Positions 31,738 to 41,499 of a DNA stretch of 64,000 nt are shown here, piece after piece. The stretch is from Candidatus Binatia bacterium (GTDB lineage: Bacteria; Desulfobacterota; Binatia; Bin18), in contig CAXXHG010000046.1 in assembly GCA_963666315.2 (NCBI GenBank), positions 113,783 through 177,782 on the forward strand, in the 5' to 3' direction. Both the position numbers and the translations under genes were made by a program. The number at the start of each line of letters is the position of its first letter. Within the stretch, counting starts at the first letter, position 1. Under the pieces are notes generated by a model. That model made no database searches. It had not been told where the DNA came from and was given only the letters and a program-made list of their open reading frames with translations.

Positions 31738-32961
31738 ATGTCAGCAAAAAAGGCAAAAGCAGAACGTCGAAAGGCGACGCAACAAGACGGCGCCCACCAA
31801 GCACCAACGCGAGTCCCGAGCTGGCCTTTACTCGCGATTCGCATTCTTGGGGCGCTGGGACTCGGTATCGGCATATATCTCTCGCTCCTCCACTATCAGG
31901 CCGGAGCAGAGGGAGGCATTGATTCAGCTTTTTGCGGTACGGGGACAACGGTCAACTGTAGTCTGGTCTTGGGCAGTGCCTATGCCCAGTTGTTCGGAGT
32001 CCCGGTAGCACTGTGGGCGACCGCAGCCTACGCCGCTCTGCTCGCCACTACGTTGCTCTCCTCGACCGGGCTGAGCCTCTTTTTGTGCGGCTGGATATTC
32101 GTCTTCTCGGCGTATATGGCCGGACTTTCATTCATCAAAATCGGGGCGACCTGCCCTCTGTGTATGAGCCTGTATCTGATCAATATTGGGCTCTTGATAA
32201 GTACCTTTGTTTTAGGACGTGCAAACGGGGTACTCACCACAACTCGCCTTGCTTATACCTTAACCGCGTTCGCCGTCGTCCTGCTTGGGATAGGACTCAC
32301 GCAAACCAAGGAGGCGGCAACCGTAGTAACGCCACAAGAATTTATTGCGCCGGCGCCGGCTGACATGGACATGAGTTTCGTTCGCTATTATCATGCACAA
32401 CCTGCCGTCGTCCTACGGGGTGCCGAGCGTCATGTCGAAGGGCCGTCTGACGCCGTGCTGACCATTCACGAGTTCGTGGACTTTCGCTGTCCTCAGTGTG
32501 CCCGAGCACGGAGCGTGCTCTCACGATTCCAGCATGCCAACCCCAACGACGTCCGTATTGTGTTTCGCCATTATCCATTAGATCAGCAGTGTAATACGGC
32601 GATGAAAGACCAGGTTCATCCCGGTGCGTGCACGGCGGCTATTGCGGCTGAATGCGCAGGAGAACAAGGGAAATTCTGGGAGTATGCGGATTTATTGTTC
32701 GCGGACCAAAAGAAATACAAACGAGCAGATTTTGAAGAACATGCCAGAACCGCCGGGCTGGATTCTGAGCCGTTTTCCACGTGTTTGGACGAACGACGGA
32801 CTGAAAGCCTGGTCAAGAACGACATACAAGAAGCCCGCCGCATTGAGATCAAAGCCACACCAACCCTGGTCATCAACGGTCGCGTGATCTCGGGTATCCC
32901 GCCGATTAAGAAGCTGGCAAGTCTTGTGACGTTTCAGAACAAGCAATCGGCAACGCAGTAA
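31738..32961 (+). CDS. Vitamin K epoxide reductase (VKOR)-DsbA fusion
   Basis: FC..VNCSLVLGSAYAQLFGVPVA, CPLC in the membrane domain, EFVDFRCPQC, ATPTLVING. Confidence 0.92.
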   Translation: MSAKKAKAERRKATQQDGAHQAPTRVPSWPLLAIRILGALGLGIGIYLSLLHYQAGAEGGIDSAFCGTGTTVNCSLVLGSAYAQLFGVPVALWATAAYAALLATTLLSSTGLSLFLCGWIFVFSAYMAGLSFIKIGATCPLCMSLYLINIGLLISTFVLGRANGVLTTTRLAYTLTAFAVVLLGIGLTQTKEAATVVTPQEFIAPAPADMDMSFVRYYHAQPAVVLRGAERHVEGPSDAVLTIHEFVDFRCPQCARARSVLSRFQHANPNDVRIVFRHYPLDQQCNTAMKDQVHPGACTAAIAAECAGEQGKFWEYADLLFADQKKYKRADFEEHARTAGLDSEPFSTCLDERRTESLVKNDIQEARRIEIKATPTLVINGRVISGIPPIKKLASLVTFQNKQSATQ

Positions 32962-33068
32962 GCGCGGTGTTGCGAGAACGCTACGGAGTATTCGCGCTAC
33001 ACAGCGTTCGCGCTAAGAGCGCTTGACGATACTGCTCAGGAGCGCGGGCGAGGTGCACGTCCAGCTGG

Positions 33069-33293
33069 CTAGACCTTTTGATCGTGCCGACCCAGGCATT
33101 CCATGGCCGAGTTCCACCGGCGCACAAGGCGGTCATCCGGTCCGGAGGCGGCAAGCGTAGCGACGACCGTTGCCCGCGCCACTTGCTTCGCACTCTCCGT
33201 CACCGCCTTGTGTGGGATATCGCGGCGTATGACCATGTCAGAGTCTTCTTGGACTTCTCTCCACGTCCCATCAGGGTTTGGATAAAAAGGCAT
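33069..33293 (-). CDS. Hypothetical protein, possibly frameshifted at the 3' end
   Basis: AAGGAGG RBS before ATG; no recognisable motif. Confidence 0.5.
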   Translation of the reverse strand: MPFYPNPDGTWREVQEDSDMVIRRDIPHKAVTESAKQVARATVVATLAASGPDDRLVRRWNSAMECLGRHDQKV

Positions 33294-33478
33294 TTTCGCC
33301 TCCTTTCTGAGCGCTGCCGATACGAGCAGAAAATGTCCCCAATATGTCCTCTTGTGTCCGCCTACTCGCTCTTCTTGCTCCTCTTTGCCCCTCTTGCCCC
33401 AGCTGCCTTAATCCCGCCATATGCCTGTCTCTTATAAGAAGTCAAGGCATGGCTTCGGTCGAATATGCTCGCCGCTTT

Positions 33479-34150
33479 TTAATCCACAATGATGTGTTCT
33501 GTGGTGATAATAAATGGGAGTTTCGTGCCATCGATAAAATTCGCCTCATCCGCACGCGTCGTCTCGTATTCCGCTAAAGTGGCTGAGGTGCGCATGGCCT
33601 GCGTGTCGTCAAACCAGGTAATAGCAATGCCGTCGTAGACCGGAGTTTTTCCTGCTTTGTACACAGACAGCCGGGTATGGCTTTGAACATAGCGTTGGAC
33701 CACAGGAATCGCCGCACCAAGCGGACCGTGGATATCGCGCCAGTGCTTTTGAAACGTCTCGATCGGCATATCCGGTTTATGGGTGACAAATTCCATGTTC
33801 TTGACCGCATTGAGCGAAATCTCACCGTCCTTGATGACATGCTCTTCCGTAATAATGGAGCCCATGGTTGAGACATCCATAAAATTCGGCTCATCGGCCC
33901 GTACGGCGGCGTATTCCGGCGTGCCGGCTTGGGTACGCATCACTTGGGTGTCGTCAACCCACACCTCAGCCACCCCGTCGTACACGGGCTCGCCTTTGCG
34001 GTAGCCGGACAGCAGGGTGTGCGACTGCACATAGCGTCGAATACCCGCCAGCTTCACAACCTCCTCAGCATGTTTCGTCCGCCAATATGCCTGGAATGCG
34101 TCAACTGACATTCCCTGTTTCCGCTTGAAAAACGACATGAGTTTGACCAT
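33479..34150 (-). CDS. Tandem EthD-domain protein
   Basis: Two repeats of F..YW..H / RYVQSH / YDG.A..W. Confidence 0.9.
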   Translation of the reverse strand: MVKLMSFFKRKQGMSVDAFQAYWRTKHAEEVVKLAGIRRYVQSHTLLSGYRKGEPVYDGVAEVWVDDTQVMRTQAGTPEYAAVRADEPNFMDVSTMGSIITEEHVIKDGEISLNAVKNMEFVTHKPDMPIETFQKHWRDIHGPLGAAIPVVQRYVQSHTRLSVYKAGKTPVYDGIAITWFDDTQAMRTSATLAEYETTRADEANFIDGTKLPFIITTEHIIVD

Positions 34151-34169
34151 GATCTGTCTCCTTTCTACA

Positions 34170-34214
34170 GTAGGGGCGAAGCGTTCATTCTATTTGATGA
34201 ATGCTTCACCCTAC
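34170..34214. repeat. GTAG...CTAC REP palindrome
   Basis: GTAGGGGCGAAGCGTTCAT..ATGAATGCTTCACCCTAC. Confidence 0.8.
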
Positions 34215-34292
34215 ATTCCCACATTGAGGCCCGAAAGCCAAACGCGTATAAAAGTCTAACGGCATGGCGGACAGCAACACAAAGGAGGACCT

Positions 34293-35336
34293 ATGATTTC
34301 GGTTGGTTACCTTCCTGACACCCATGGAGGGCCCTATCAACAGCCGGAACCGAGCCCCCAGCGCTCGGCCGATTTTGCTACCCAACTGCTTAAAGAAGCC
34401 GAACAAGCGGAAAAGTCCGGCTTTGACGCTCTCTTTGTTCCGGAACGACATGCCCGCACGGAATGCATGTTTCCTTCGACGCTGACACTGATGACCGCTT
34501 TTGCGACTCGCACCGAGCGGGTCAAAATCGGCTCCTACATCATTATGCCCCCGCTCTATAACCCAGTCCATTTAGCCGAACAGGCCGCCATGATTGACGT
34601 CCTCTCACGAGGCCGGCTGATTATGGGCGTGGGTGTAGGCTATCACGCTGACTACTTCAACCACTTCGGCGTACCCATTAAGGAGCGCGAAGGCCGCTTC
34701 GAAGAATGTCTCGAAATCATGAACAAGGCCTGGACAGCCGAGGGGCCGACCGAACACCACGGCAGGTATTACGACTATGATGCCATCCACGTCACGCCCA
34801 AGCCGTATCAAAAACCCCGTCCCCCCATCTGGATCGGCGCCTTTGGCCCCAAGTCGATAGCACGTGCCGGTCGGCTCGGCGATGTGTGGTGTATGGCTCC
34901 ATTTTTCGACAGCTTTGATACCCTCAAAGCCCAGCTTGAGATATATCAGGAGGCAGCCATCAAGGCGGGCAAAAAACCGTGTATTGCATTGCTGCGCGAC
35001 GGTTGGCTGGCGTCCAGCATGGAAGAAGCCGAAGAGACGTTTGGCCGCCTGTGGGTTGAGGAGTGTAAGTTTTATCTGCGGATGGGCATGCTCACACCAA
35101 GCAAAGATTTTCAGTCTGAGTCGGACTTCACCCTAGACAAAGTACGCAAATATATGGTGATAGGCACCAAAGACGACTGGCTCGAACACCTCGGTCTATG
35201 GCAGAAAGAACTCAGCGTTGAGCACTTTGTTCTCCGCTGCCGGGTGCCGCTTGGGCCTCAGCCGGAGCAGGCGCTGGAATGTATCCAGCGGCTGGGGGAA
35301 GAGGTCGTGCCGCACATCAAGACACTGGCAAGTTAA
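34293..35336 (+). CDS. LLM-class flavin-dependent oxidoreductase
   Basis: FVPERH, NPVHLAEQAAMIDVLSRGR, PKPYQKP. Confidence 0.92.
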   Translation: MISVGYLPDTHGGPYQQPEPSPQRSADFATQLLKEAEQAEKSGFDALFVPERHARTECMFPSTLTLMTAFATRTERVKIGSYIIMPPLYNPVHLAEQAAMIDVLSRGRLIMGVGVGYHADYFNHFGVPIKEREGRFEECLEIMNKAWTAEGPTEHHGRYYDYDAIHVTPKPYQKPRPPIWIGAFGPKSIARAGRLGDVWCMAPFFDSFDTLKAQLEIYQEAAIKAGKKPCIALLRDGWLASSMEEAEETFGRLWVEECKFYLRMGMLTPSKDFQSESDFTLDKVRKYMVIGTKDDWLEHLGLWQKELSVEHFVLRCRVPLGPQPEQALECIQRLGEEVVPHIKTLAS

Positions 35337-35401
35337 GAAAATTGAGCGAGTTAAAAAAATTGAGCAAGTTCAGCAAGTTAAATAAGTTCAGCACGTTCAA
35401 C
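35330..35401 (+). repeat. Degenerate 9-bp tandem repeat, 8 units (consensus near AAGTTCAGC)
   Basis: aagttaaga aaattgagc gagttaaaa aaattgagc aagttcagc aagttaaat aagttcagc acgttcaac. Confidence 0.8.
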
Positions 35402-35420
35402 GAGCGAAGAGGGCAACTGT

Positions 35421-36611
35421 ATGGATTTTCAATACACGCCGGAACAAGAGATCTTTCGAGCTGAAGTACGTGGCTGGTTAGCAGCCCATGTATCACCGGA
35501 TCTGTGTATCGATGATCCCAAAGATGAGCGTGTCGCGCCTGATCACGAAACGTTTGTGAAACAGCGCGCCTGGCAACGCTAGATGTATGACGGCGGCTGG
35601 GTCGGGATTTCCTGGCCCAAAGAATATGGCGGGCAGGGTGCGGACTTGCTTGAGCAGGTCATTTTCGACGAAGAATACTCAAACGCCCACGCACCGATCT
35701 TACCCGGTTATTCCGGTATCGCGTTATGCGGTCCGACCCTGATGCACTGGGGCACGGATGAACAAAAAGAGCGTTTTCTGAATCGCACCCTGAATGGCGG
35801 TGATGTGTGGTGTCAGGGCTATTCCGAACCAGGCGCGGGCTCGGATCTAGCCGGACTGCAAACCAAGGCGGTGGCTGATGGCGACGACTTTATCATCAAC
35901 GGCCAGAAAGTCTGGACCTCGGGCGCGCAGTACGCGGACTGGATTTTTATGCTCGTCCGTACTGACCCTGATGCTTCCAAACATAAAGGCATCAGCTATA
36001 TGCTGGTCAATATGAAAACGCGCGGCGTAACGGTTCTGCCTTTGGTGCTGATGAACGGCCACTCGCATTTCAACGAAGTCTTCTTCGAAGACGTCCGAAC
36101 TCCCAAAGCTAATCTCGTCGGTCCACTCAACCAAGGCTGGAAAGTCGCCATGACCACGCTCATGTTCGAGCGAGCCTATGCCGGAGTCGGCAATTACGGC
36201 GATCAGATCGGCCGCCTAGTCGAGCTGTCAAAACGGGTCCACATCAACGGCGGCCCGGCCTGGGAACAGTCGTGGGTCCGGCAGAAGCTGGTCCAGTTTC
36301 AAATTGAGAGTGAAGCGCTCAAATACACCCGTCTCCGTGGTCTGACCAAGATGCTCAAAGGCCAGCCACCAGGACCGGAAGGCTCCATGCTCAAACTGTG
36401 CGGTTCAGAGCTGGGAATTGATATTGCCGCGTTTGCCAGTGAGTTACTCACCGGCGCAGCCGTTACCAACGAAGCGACCGAAACCGTACCCGACGCCCCA
36501 CGCTGGTTCAACCGCGTCCTCAGCGCCCGGCAGTACACGATAGCCGGCGGGACGAGTGAAATTCAGAAAAATATTATGGGCGAGCGGGCGTTGGGGTTGC
36601 CGAAGGGGTAG
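35421..36611 (+). pseudogene. Acyl-CoA dehydrogenase with one in-frame TAG at 35580-35582
   Basis: MDFQYTPEQE..WQR*MYDGGW, WCQGYSEPGAGSDLA, TIAGGTSEIQ. Confidence 0.88.
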
Positions 36612-36643
36612 TCTCAAACCTGTCGGGCGCGGGAACCGCGCCC

Positions 36644-37166
36644 CTACGGTGCATCCAGGGGGTTTTCTGAATCCTCAAGCCAGCGCATAGGGTTGTTCGC
36701 TATATATTGGCGGGTCGCATGCAGATCGTCTTCGTTGCGGATGATGTGTTCGTAATAATTGCGTTGCCAGACTGGAACACCCGGCATCCCGTGCATCTCA
36801 TTTATTCGTTTGGTAGATTCGTATTTGAAAGACGCCACAATTTTCCCCAAAGGCATCACCGTTCCTGTGCAGGGGCGGGGTTCCCCCGCCCTGGCATCGA
36901 TCAATTGAATGATCCCATGAACATGGTTGGGCATAACAACGAACGCGTCGCATTCCACATTGCAATATCGACGCGGTAAATCGTTCCAACATTCTCCGAC
37001 AATCTTTCCGTACTCATTGAGGATGACGGTTCCGTCTAATAACCTGTCCGAATACACAGTCCCGTTGACGGGTACACATAGTCAGGAAATAGGCTCCGGT
37101 TTGGGCATAATTGTGGCCTGGTGATCGGAGGGAGCGTCGATGGTGTTTGTTGGGGTTATAGGGCAT
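36644..37166 (-). mobile_element. REP-associated tyrosine transposase (RAYT, Y1 HUH), frameshifted near 37040
   Basis: HHRRSLR..Y...GAYFLTMCT, VVMPNHVHGII, WQRNYYEHIIR, YIANNP; REPs at 36625-36647, 36869-36891, 37187-37209. Confidence 0.92.
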
Positions 37167-37389
37167 GGTTGCTCGTAGACCGGACAGGGCGCGGTTCCCG
37201 CGCCCCTACGAATTATTCTTTCCCCTCGACCCTGGCTAAATCGCGTCTCGCTTGGTTCGCATGCGGTGAACCGATATTTTCAAATATCGTCAAGGCTTGC
37301 TGAAAAAATTGCGCCGCTTCTATCTTTTTTCCTTGGCTCTCGGAAAGTAAACTTGACTGCCCAAAAGAGAGCGCAATGCCCTGCTGGGT

Positions 37390-37799
37390 GACTTGGACTC
37401 CTCCCGCAACATCCCCATCACAACCGTGTCGAAGTAACGCTCATCATAACGATCTTGGCGGAGAGTGGCTTCGTGGCTGAAACCGGCTCTTTTTAATCTT
37501 CGGATCGCGTGGTTATCACAGGCATCAACGTGGAGTCAGATGCGGTTCATGTCGAGGGTCTCAAACGCATACTCCGCAACGAGATGAACTGCTTTAGCCT
37601 CATACCTCTTCGGTGTTTGGGCTCTGCTCGCCAATAAAAACCCTAAGACTTCTTTGGCGGACCGATCAGGCAGGCGATAGAAGAGATCGAGAGCCGTTTG
37701 TACTTCTGAACGAGCCAGCCACTTGGTCAGTGTAGGCATGTCTCCTCGCTCAAGGGGTCTGAGGTAGATGCGTGTTCCGATAAGAAAGGCGTTGTGCAT
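37390..37799 (-). pseudogene. RimJ/RimL GNAT remnant
   Basis: GTRIYLRPLE, EYAFETLDMNRI*LHV..AGFSHEATLRQ; internal deletion and stop. Confidence 0.65.
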
Positions 37800-37810
37800 T
37801 ATCCATTCAT

Positions 37811-37920
37811 TTCCCCTCTTGAGAGGGGTGCCGCGTAGCGGCGGTGTGTGTTTCGGGCGGACGAGGGAGCCCACCCCAGCCACCGACCAAAGGTCGGACG
37901 GCCACCCCTCCAAGGAGGGG
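37811..37920. repeat. Composite palindromic element (CCCCTCT..AGAGGGG type)
   Basis: Terminal hairpins TTCCCCTCTTGAGAGGGG and CCCCTCCAAGGAGGGG with inner stems; related hairpins near 43707 and 57530. Confidence 0.65.
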
Positions 37921-37936
37921 ATTTTTCAGACAGAAG

Positions 37937-38137
37937 CTAGTCCCTCGTAAATGTTAATCGTTTCTCTTCTCCCACTCGTCTCGCACTATCACCATCACGC
38001 GTGTCCCAATGGCGGCCGGAATAAAAATGGTCCTGGCGCGGAACGCCTTCGGATTGAAAACCCGCTTTTTCATATGCGCGTATAGCGTGCGGGTTGTACT
38101 CGTATACGAATAACTGAACACGATTCAGATCGAGCAC
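37937..38137 (-). pseudogene. C-terminal fragment of a RimJ/RimL GNAT
   Basis: LDLNRVQLFVYEYNPHAIRAYEKAGFQSEG. Confidence 0.7.
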
Positions 38138-38285
38138 GACAAAGGGCGCAGAGAGATCTCTCGTCCTATGAGAGGCCGCCTTTTCATAGTCATGTCAGAC
38201 CCTTGCCCGCGGTTCCTGATTCTCCAGGAAAGGAGAGAAGCTGTCTATTTGCTTTGTTTCGTTCAGCTTGGTATATGAATGAACC

Positions 38286-38330
38286 ATGCTGAATCGTCCA
38301 AACAACCAGAATTGGTGGTGGCTACCTTAG
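38286..38330 (+). CDS. trpL: trp leader peptide MLNRPNNQNWWWLP
   Basis: 14 codons with three consecutive TGG, directly upstream of attenuator stems and trpE(G). Confidence 0.92.
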   Translation: MLNRPNNQNWWWLP

Positions 38331-38402
38331 GAGGTGGCCCGGACGTAGTGTAACGACTCTACACGGAGCCGCCTGAGATATGAGGCGGCTTTTCGTTTTT
38401 TT
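38320..38402 (+). promoter_or_regulatory. Ribosome-dependent transcription attenuator
   Basis: GGCTACCT/AGGTGGCC (1:2), AGGTGGC/GCCGCCT (2:3), GAGCCGCCT/AGGCGGCTT + T-run (3:4). Confidence 0.88.
38366..38402 (+). terminator. Intrinsic terminator of the trp attenuator
   Basis: GAGCCGCCT-N8-AGGCGGCTT followed by TTCGTTTTTTT. Confidence 0.88.
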
Positions 38403-38471
38403 GGACCGCCACCTCATCAAAGGTTGCGGTCTTTTTCATATAGGCCCGGCTCCAGAACAACGGAGGATAGT

Positions 38472-40679
38472 GTGGCCAATATTTCGTCCCGACTGCAAAA
38501 CATCGATCATTATCACACCCGAGGCGGCGTGACCGTCCACCGAGTGGTCGACGACCTACCGGTGGCAGACACCATCGAGCCTGTCTTAGATGCACTCGAC
38601 AGCCAGCGCGGCGTCCTGTTTACCTCAAGCTACGAATATCCCGGTCGGTATACACGCTGGGATATGGGCTTTATCAACCCACCCTTGGCCGCGGTCTGTC
38701 GTGGTCTGGACTTTCGGGTGTCAGCTTTAAATGAGCGTGGGGCGCTGCTCTTGCCGATGATCACGGCAGTCGTCCAACATCTCCCCGCAGTTGCCTCGTT
38801 TGAAATCCAGGGCCAGGACCTCAGCGGCACCATCAAACCGACGGCGGAGCGCTTTCCCGAGGAGCAGCGCAGCAAGCAACCGTCCATCTTCTCGTTGCTC
38901 CGCGCCTTGATTGAACTCTTCTATAGCACCGCCGAGCCGCATCTCGGTCTGTATGGCGCATTCGGCTACGATCTGGCCTTTCAGTTTGAACCCTTAAAAT
39001 TACGTCTCGAACGTCCGGCTGACCAACGCGACTTGGTGCTATATTTGCCGGATGAATTGATTGTCATCGACCATAGGCGCGAGTGGGCTATGCGCCGACG
39101 GTATGAGTTTGAGGTGGACGGACACTCGACGCATGGCATGCCACGCACAGGCGAAAGTCAGCCGTATACCGGTCAGGGAAAAGTAAAACAAAGCTGTGAC
39201 CATGAACCAGGAGAATACGCCAAACGCGTCGCGGCTGCCAAAGAAGCGTTTAGATGCGGCGACCTCTTTGAAGTCGTCCCTGGACAAACCTTCTTCGAGC
39301 CGTGCCAAGCTTCTCCGGCCGAGCTGTTCCGGCGTTTGCGTGAACGTAACCCTTCCCCGTATGGTTTTTTGATCAACCTGGGACAAGACGAATACCTGGT
39401 TGGAGCCTCGCCCGAAATGTACGTGCGGGTAGAAGGCAACCGGGTTGAAACATGTCCGATCGCCGGCACAGTCGCTCGTGGCAAGGATGCACTTACAGAC
39501 GCAGACCAGATCCTGGAGCTGCTCACCTCAAAGAAAGAGGAGTCGGAACTGACCATGTGTACCGACGTGGACCGTAACGATAAATCTCGCATCTGCAAGC
39601 CGGGCAGCGTGCGCGTCATAGGCCGACGCCAGATCGAGATGTACTCGCGGCTCATCCACACGGTTGATCATGTTGAGGGCTATCTGCGAGAAGAGTTTGA
39701 CGCCCTGGATGCCTTTTTAGCTCATACCTGGGCGGTGACGGTCACTGGCGCGCCCAAAGCCTGGGCCATGCAGTTTATTGAGGATCATGAGAAATCGCCC
39801 CGCGCCTGGTATGGCGGCGCAGTCGGCCTGATCCGGTTTAACGGCAGCCTCAACACCGGTCTCACCTTACGCACGATTCGCCTCAAAGGCGGCGTCGCCC
39901 AAGTGCGGGCTGGTGCTACCCTCCTGTACGACTCTGACCCCGAGGCCGAAGAGAAAGAGACGCATATCAAAGCCTCTGCATTTCTCGACGCCATCCGACG
40001 CCCACGTGGGTTTACTCCGGAAAAAGGGATGCCTTTCCCACTAACTGGCCAAGGCAAGAGAATTCTCCTCATCGACCATCAAGACTCGTTTGTGCATACC
40101 CTGGCTAACTATTTTCGTCAGACCGGGGCTGAGGTTACCACTTTGCGCGCCGGTTTTCCACAAGACGCACTCGACGCGCAACGACCTGACCTTGTGGTGC
40201 TCTCTCCTGGTCCCGGCGAGCCAAAAGACTTCCAAGTTTCTGAGACCTTAACCGCTGTGTTGCAGCGCAACCTGCCGGTTTTCGGCGTGTGCTTGGGTCT
40301 GCAAGGCATTGTGGAACACTTCGGCGGGCAGCTGTCCGTCCTGCCCTACCCTATGCATGGCAAGTCCTCGTTGATTCACGTGCTAGAGATACAGATTGGT
40401 GAAATTGATGGACGGATTTTTGACAACCTACCTCGCGAATTTCGTGCCGCACGCTATCATTCCCTGTTTGCCGTACAGGAAACACTACCGACCGTGCTGC
40501 GCGTCACCGCAGCAAGTGAAGATGGCGTAGTCATGGCCGTTGAGCATTCAGATCTGCCCATAGCCGCTGTGCAGTTTCACCCGGAGTCTATTTTGACGCT
40601 TCAGGAGGATCTTGGCTTACGTCTTATCCATAATGTAGTGGCTGTGCTGACTGCGCCGCGTAAGGCACAGGCAGCATAA
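38472..40679 (+). CDS. trpE: Fused anthranilate synthase component I/II, TrpE(G)
   Basis: SSYEYPGRYTRWD, ELTMCTDVDRNDK, LSPGPG, GVCLGLQ, VQFHPES; GGAGG before GTG 38472. Confidence 0.95.
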   Translation: MANISSRLQNIDHYHTRGGVTVHRVVDDLPVADTIEPVLDALDSQRGVLFTSSYEYPGRYTRWDMGFINPPLAAVCRGLDFRVSALNERGALLLPMITAVVQHLPAVASFEIQGQDLSGTIKPTAERFPEEQRSKQPSIFSLLRALIELFYSTAEPHLGLYGAFGYDLAFQFEPLKLRLERPADQRDLVLYLPDELIVIDHRREWAMRRRYEFEVDGHSTHGMPRTGESQPYTGQGKVKQSCDHEPGEYAKRVAAAKEAFRCGDLFEVVPGQTFFEPCQASPAELFRRLRERNPSPYGFLINLGQDEYLVGASPEMYVRVEGNRVETCPIAGTVARGKDALTDADQILELLTSKKEESELTMCTDVDRNDKSRICKPGSVRVIGRRQIEMYSRLIHTVDHVEGYLREEFDALDAFLAHTWAVTVTGAPKAWAMQFIEDHEKSPRAWYGGAVGLIRFNGSLNTGLTLRTIRLKGGVAQVRAGATLLYDSDPEAEEKETHIKASAFLDAIRRPRGFTPEKGMPFPLTGQGKRILLIDHQDSFVHTLANYFRQTGAEVTTLRAGFPQDALDAQRPDLVVLSPGPGEPKDFQVSETLTAVLQRNLPVFGVCLGLQGIVEHFGGQLSVLPYPMHGKSSLIHVLEIQIGEIDGRIFDNLPREFRAARYHSLFAVQETLPTVLRVTAASEDGVVMAVEHSDLPIAAVQFHPESILTLQEDLGLRLIHNVVAVLTAPRKAQAA

Positions 40680-40732
40680 AGAACAGGTCCGCCCGGTTTG
40701 GAGAAAATCTCGTTAAGAAAGAACTCACTACT

Positions 40733-40815
40733 CTCCTTGGAGCTTATAAGAGGAGGTAGCGTTCGGTATTGAAATTCCACACTGTAGCCTGGATGGAACG
40801 GAGTGGAATCCGGGG
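40733..40815 (+). repeat. REP with conserved upstream flank, direct repeat of 42367-42453
   Basis: GGAGCT..AGGTAG..GGT(A/G)TTGAAAT(T/C)CCAC..TGTAGCCTGGATGG shared by both copies. Confidence 0.7.
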
Positions 40816-40900
40816 CATGCCTGAAAAGGTGAGCCCAGACTTTTTGTACACTGTAACCTTTCTCCCTTCTCAAACGTGATAATGGGTAGGAGGACAGGTT

Positions 40901-41343
40901 ATGTCACACACCCAATCGTCTGATGTTGCTATTGTCGGCGGTGGTCTGGACAAGACACGCCAGACGCTTGAGCGGTTTTTGTTCGGTCTGGCCAACCAAG
41001 ATACGGCTGCCATCGAATCCTTGCTCGCCGCAGATGTCCATGCGCTGAGCGACGGTGCTGGAGAATTCTTTGCCGCCCGGGTGCCCATCATCGGTCGGGA
41101 GCGCGTCATGCGCTTCTATATAAACACCTCATAAACACCTCGGCCAGGCATAGCGCCCAATTTCGAGCAGAACTCCAACTCATCAACGGCCTACCCGCTT
41201 TGGTCGCAGAATGGACGCAGGCACGACCGGGACAGCCGCCGCGCATGGTTTTGCACTGTGAGGTAAATCCGAGTGGCCAGATTACCGGCCTGCACGCGGT
41301 CGTGGCCACACGCAAACTCACCGCGATTCAATTTTCCCACTGA
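40901..41343 (+). pseudogene. Chimeric remnant: short oxidoreductase-like N-terminus joined to a SigJ-type SnoaL C-terminal domain
   Basis: DVAIVGGG then LLAADVHALSDGAG; INGLPAL; 11-bp tandem duplication ATAAACACCTC at 41120-41141. Confidence 0.65.
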
Positions 41344-41499
41344 ACGCGGCCACCCAGCTGCGGAATGACCCTGGTAAGGAGCCTGAATCGGAAGCAGAAG
41401 CTGGGGTCATTGTTCTTCAGCTTTGCGGAAGATATGGAAGAGGCAGATCGAAGGTTTGCCTTTGTAAAAGAGCACTATCATGTTGGATAGCGCTTAGCC

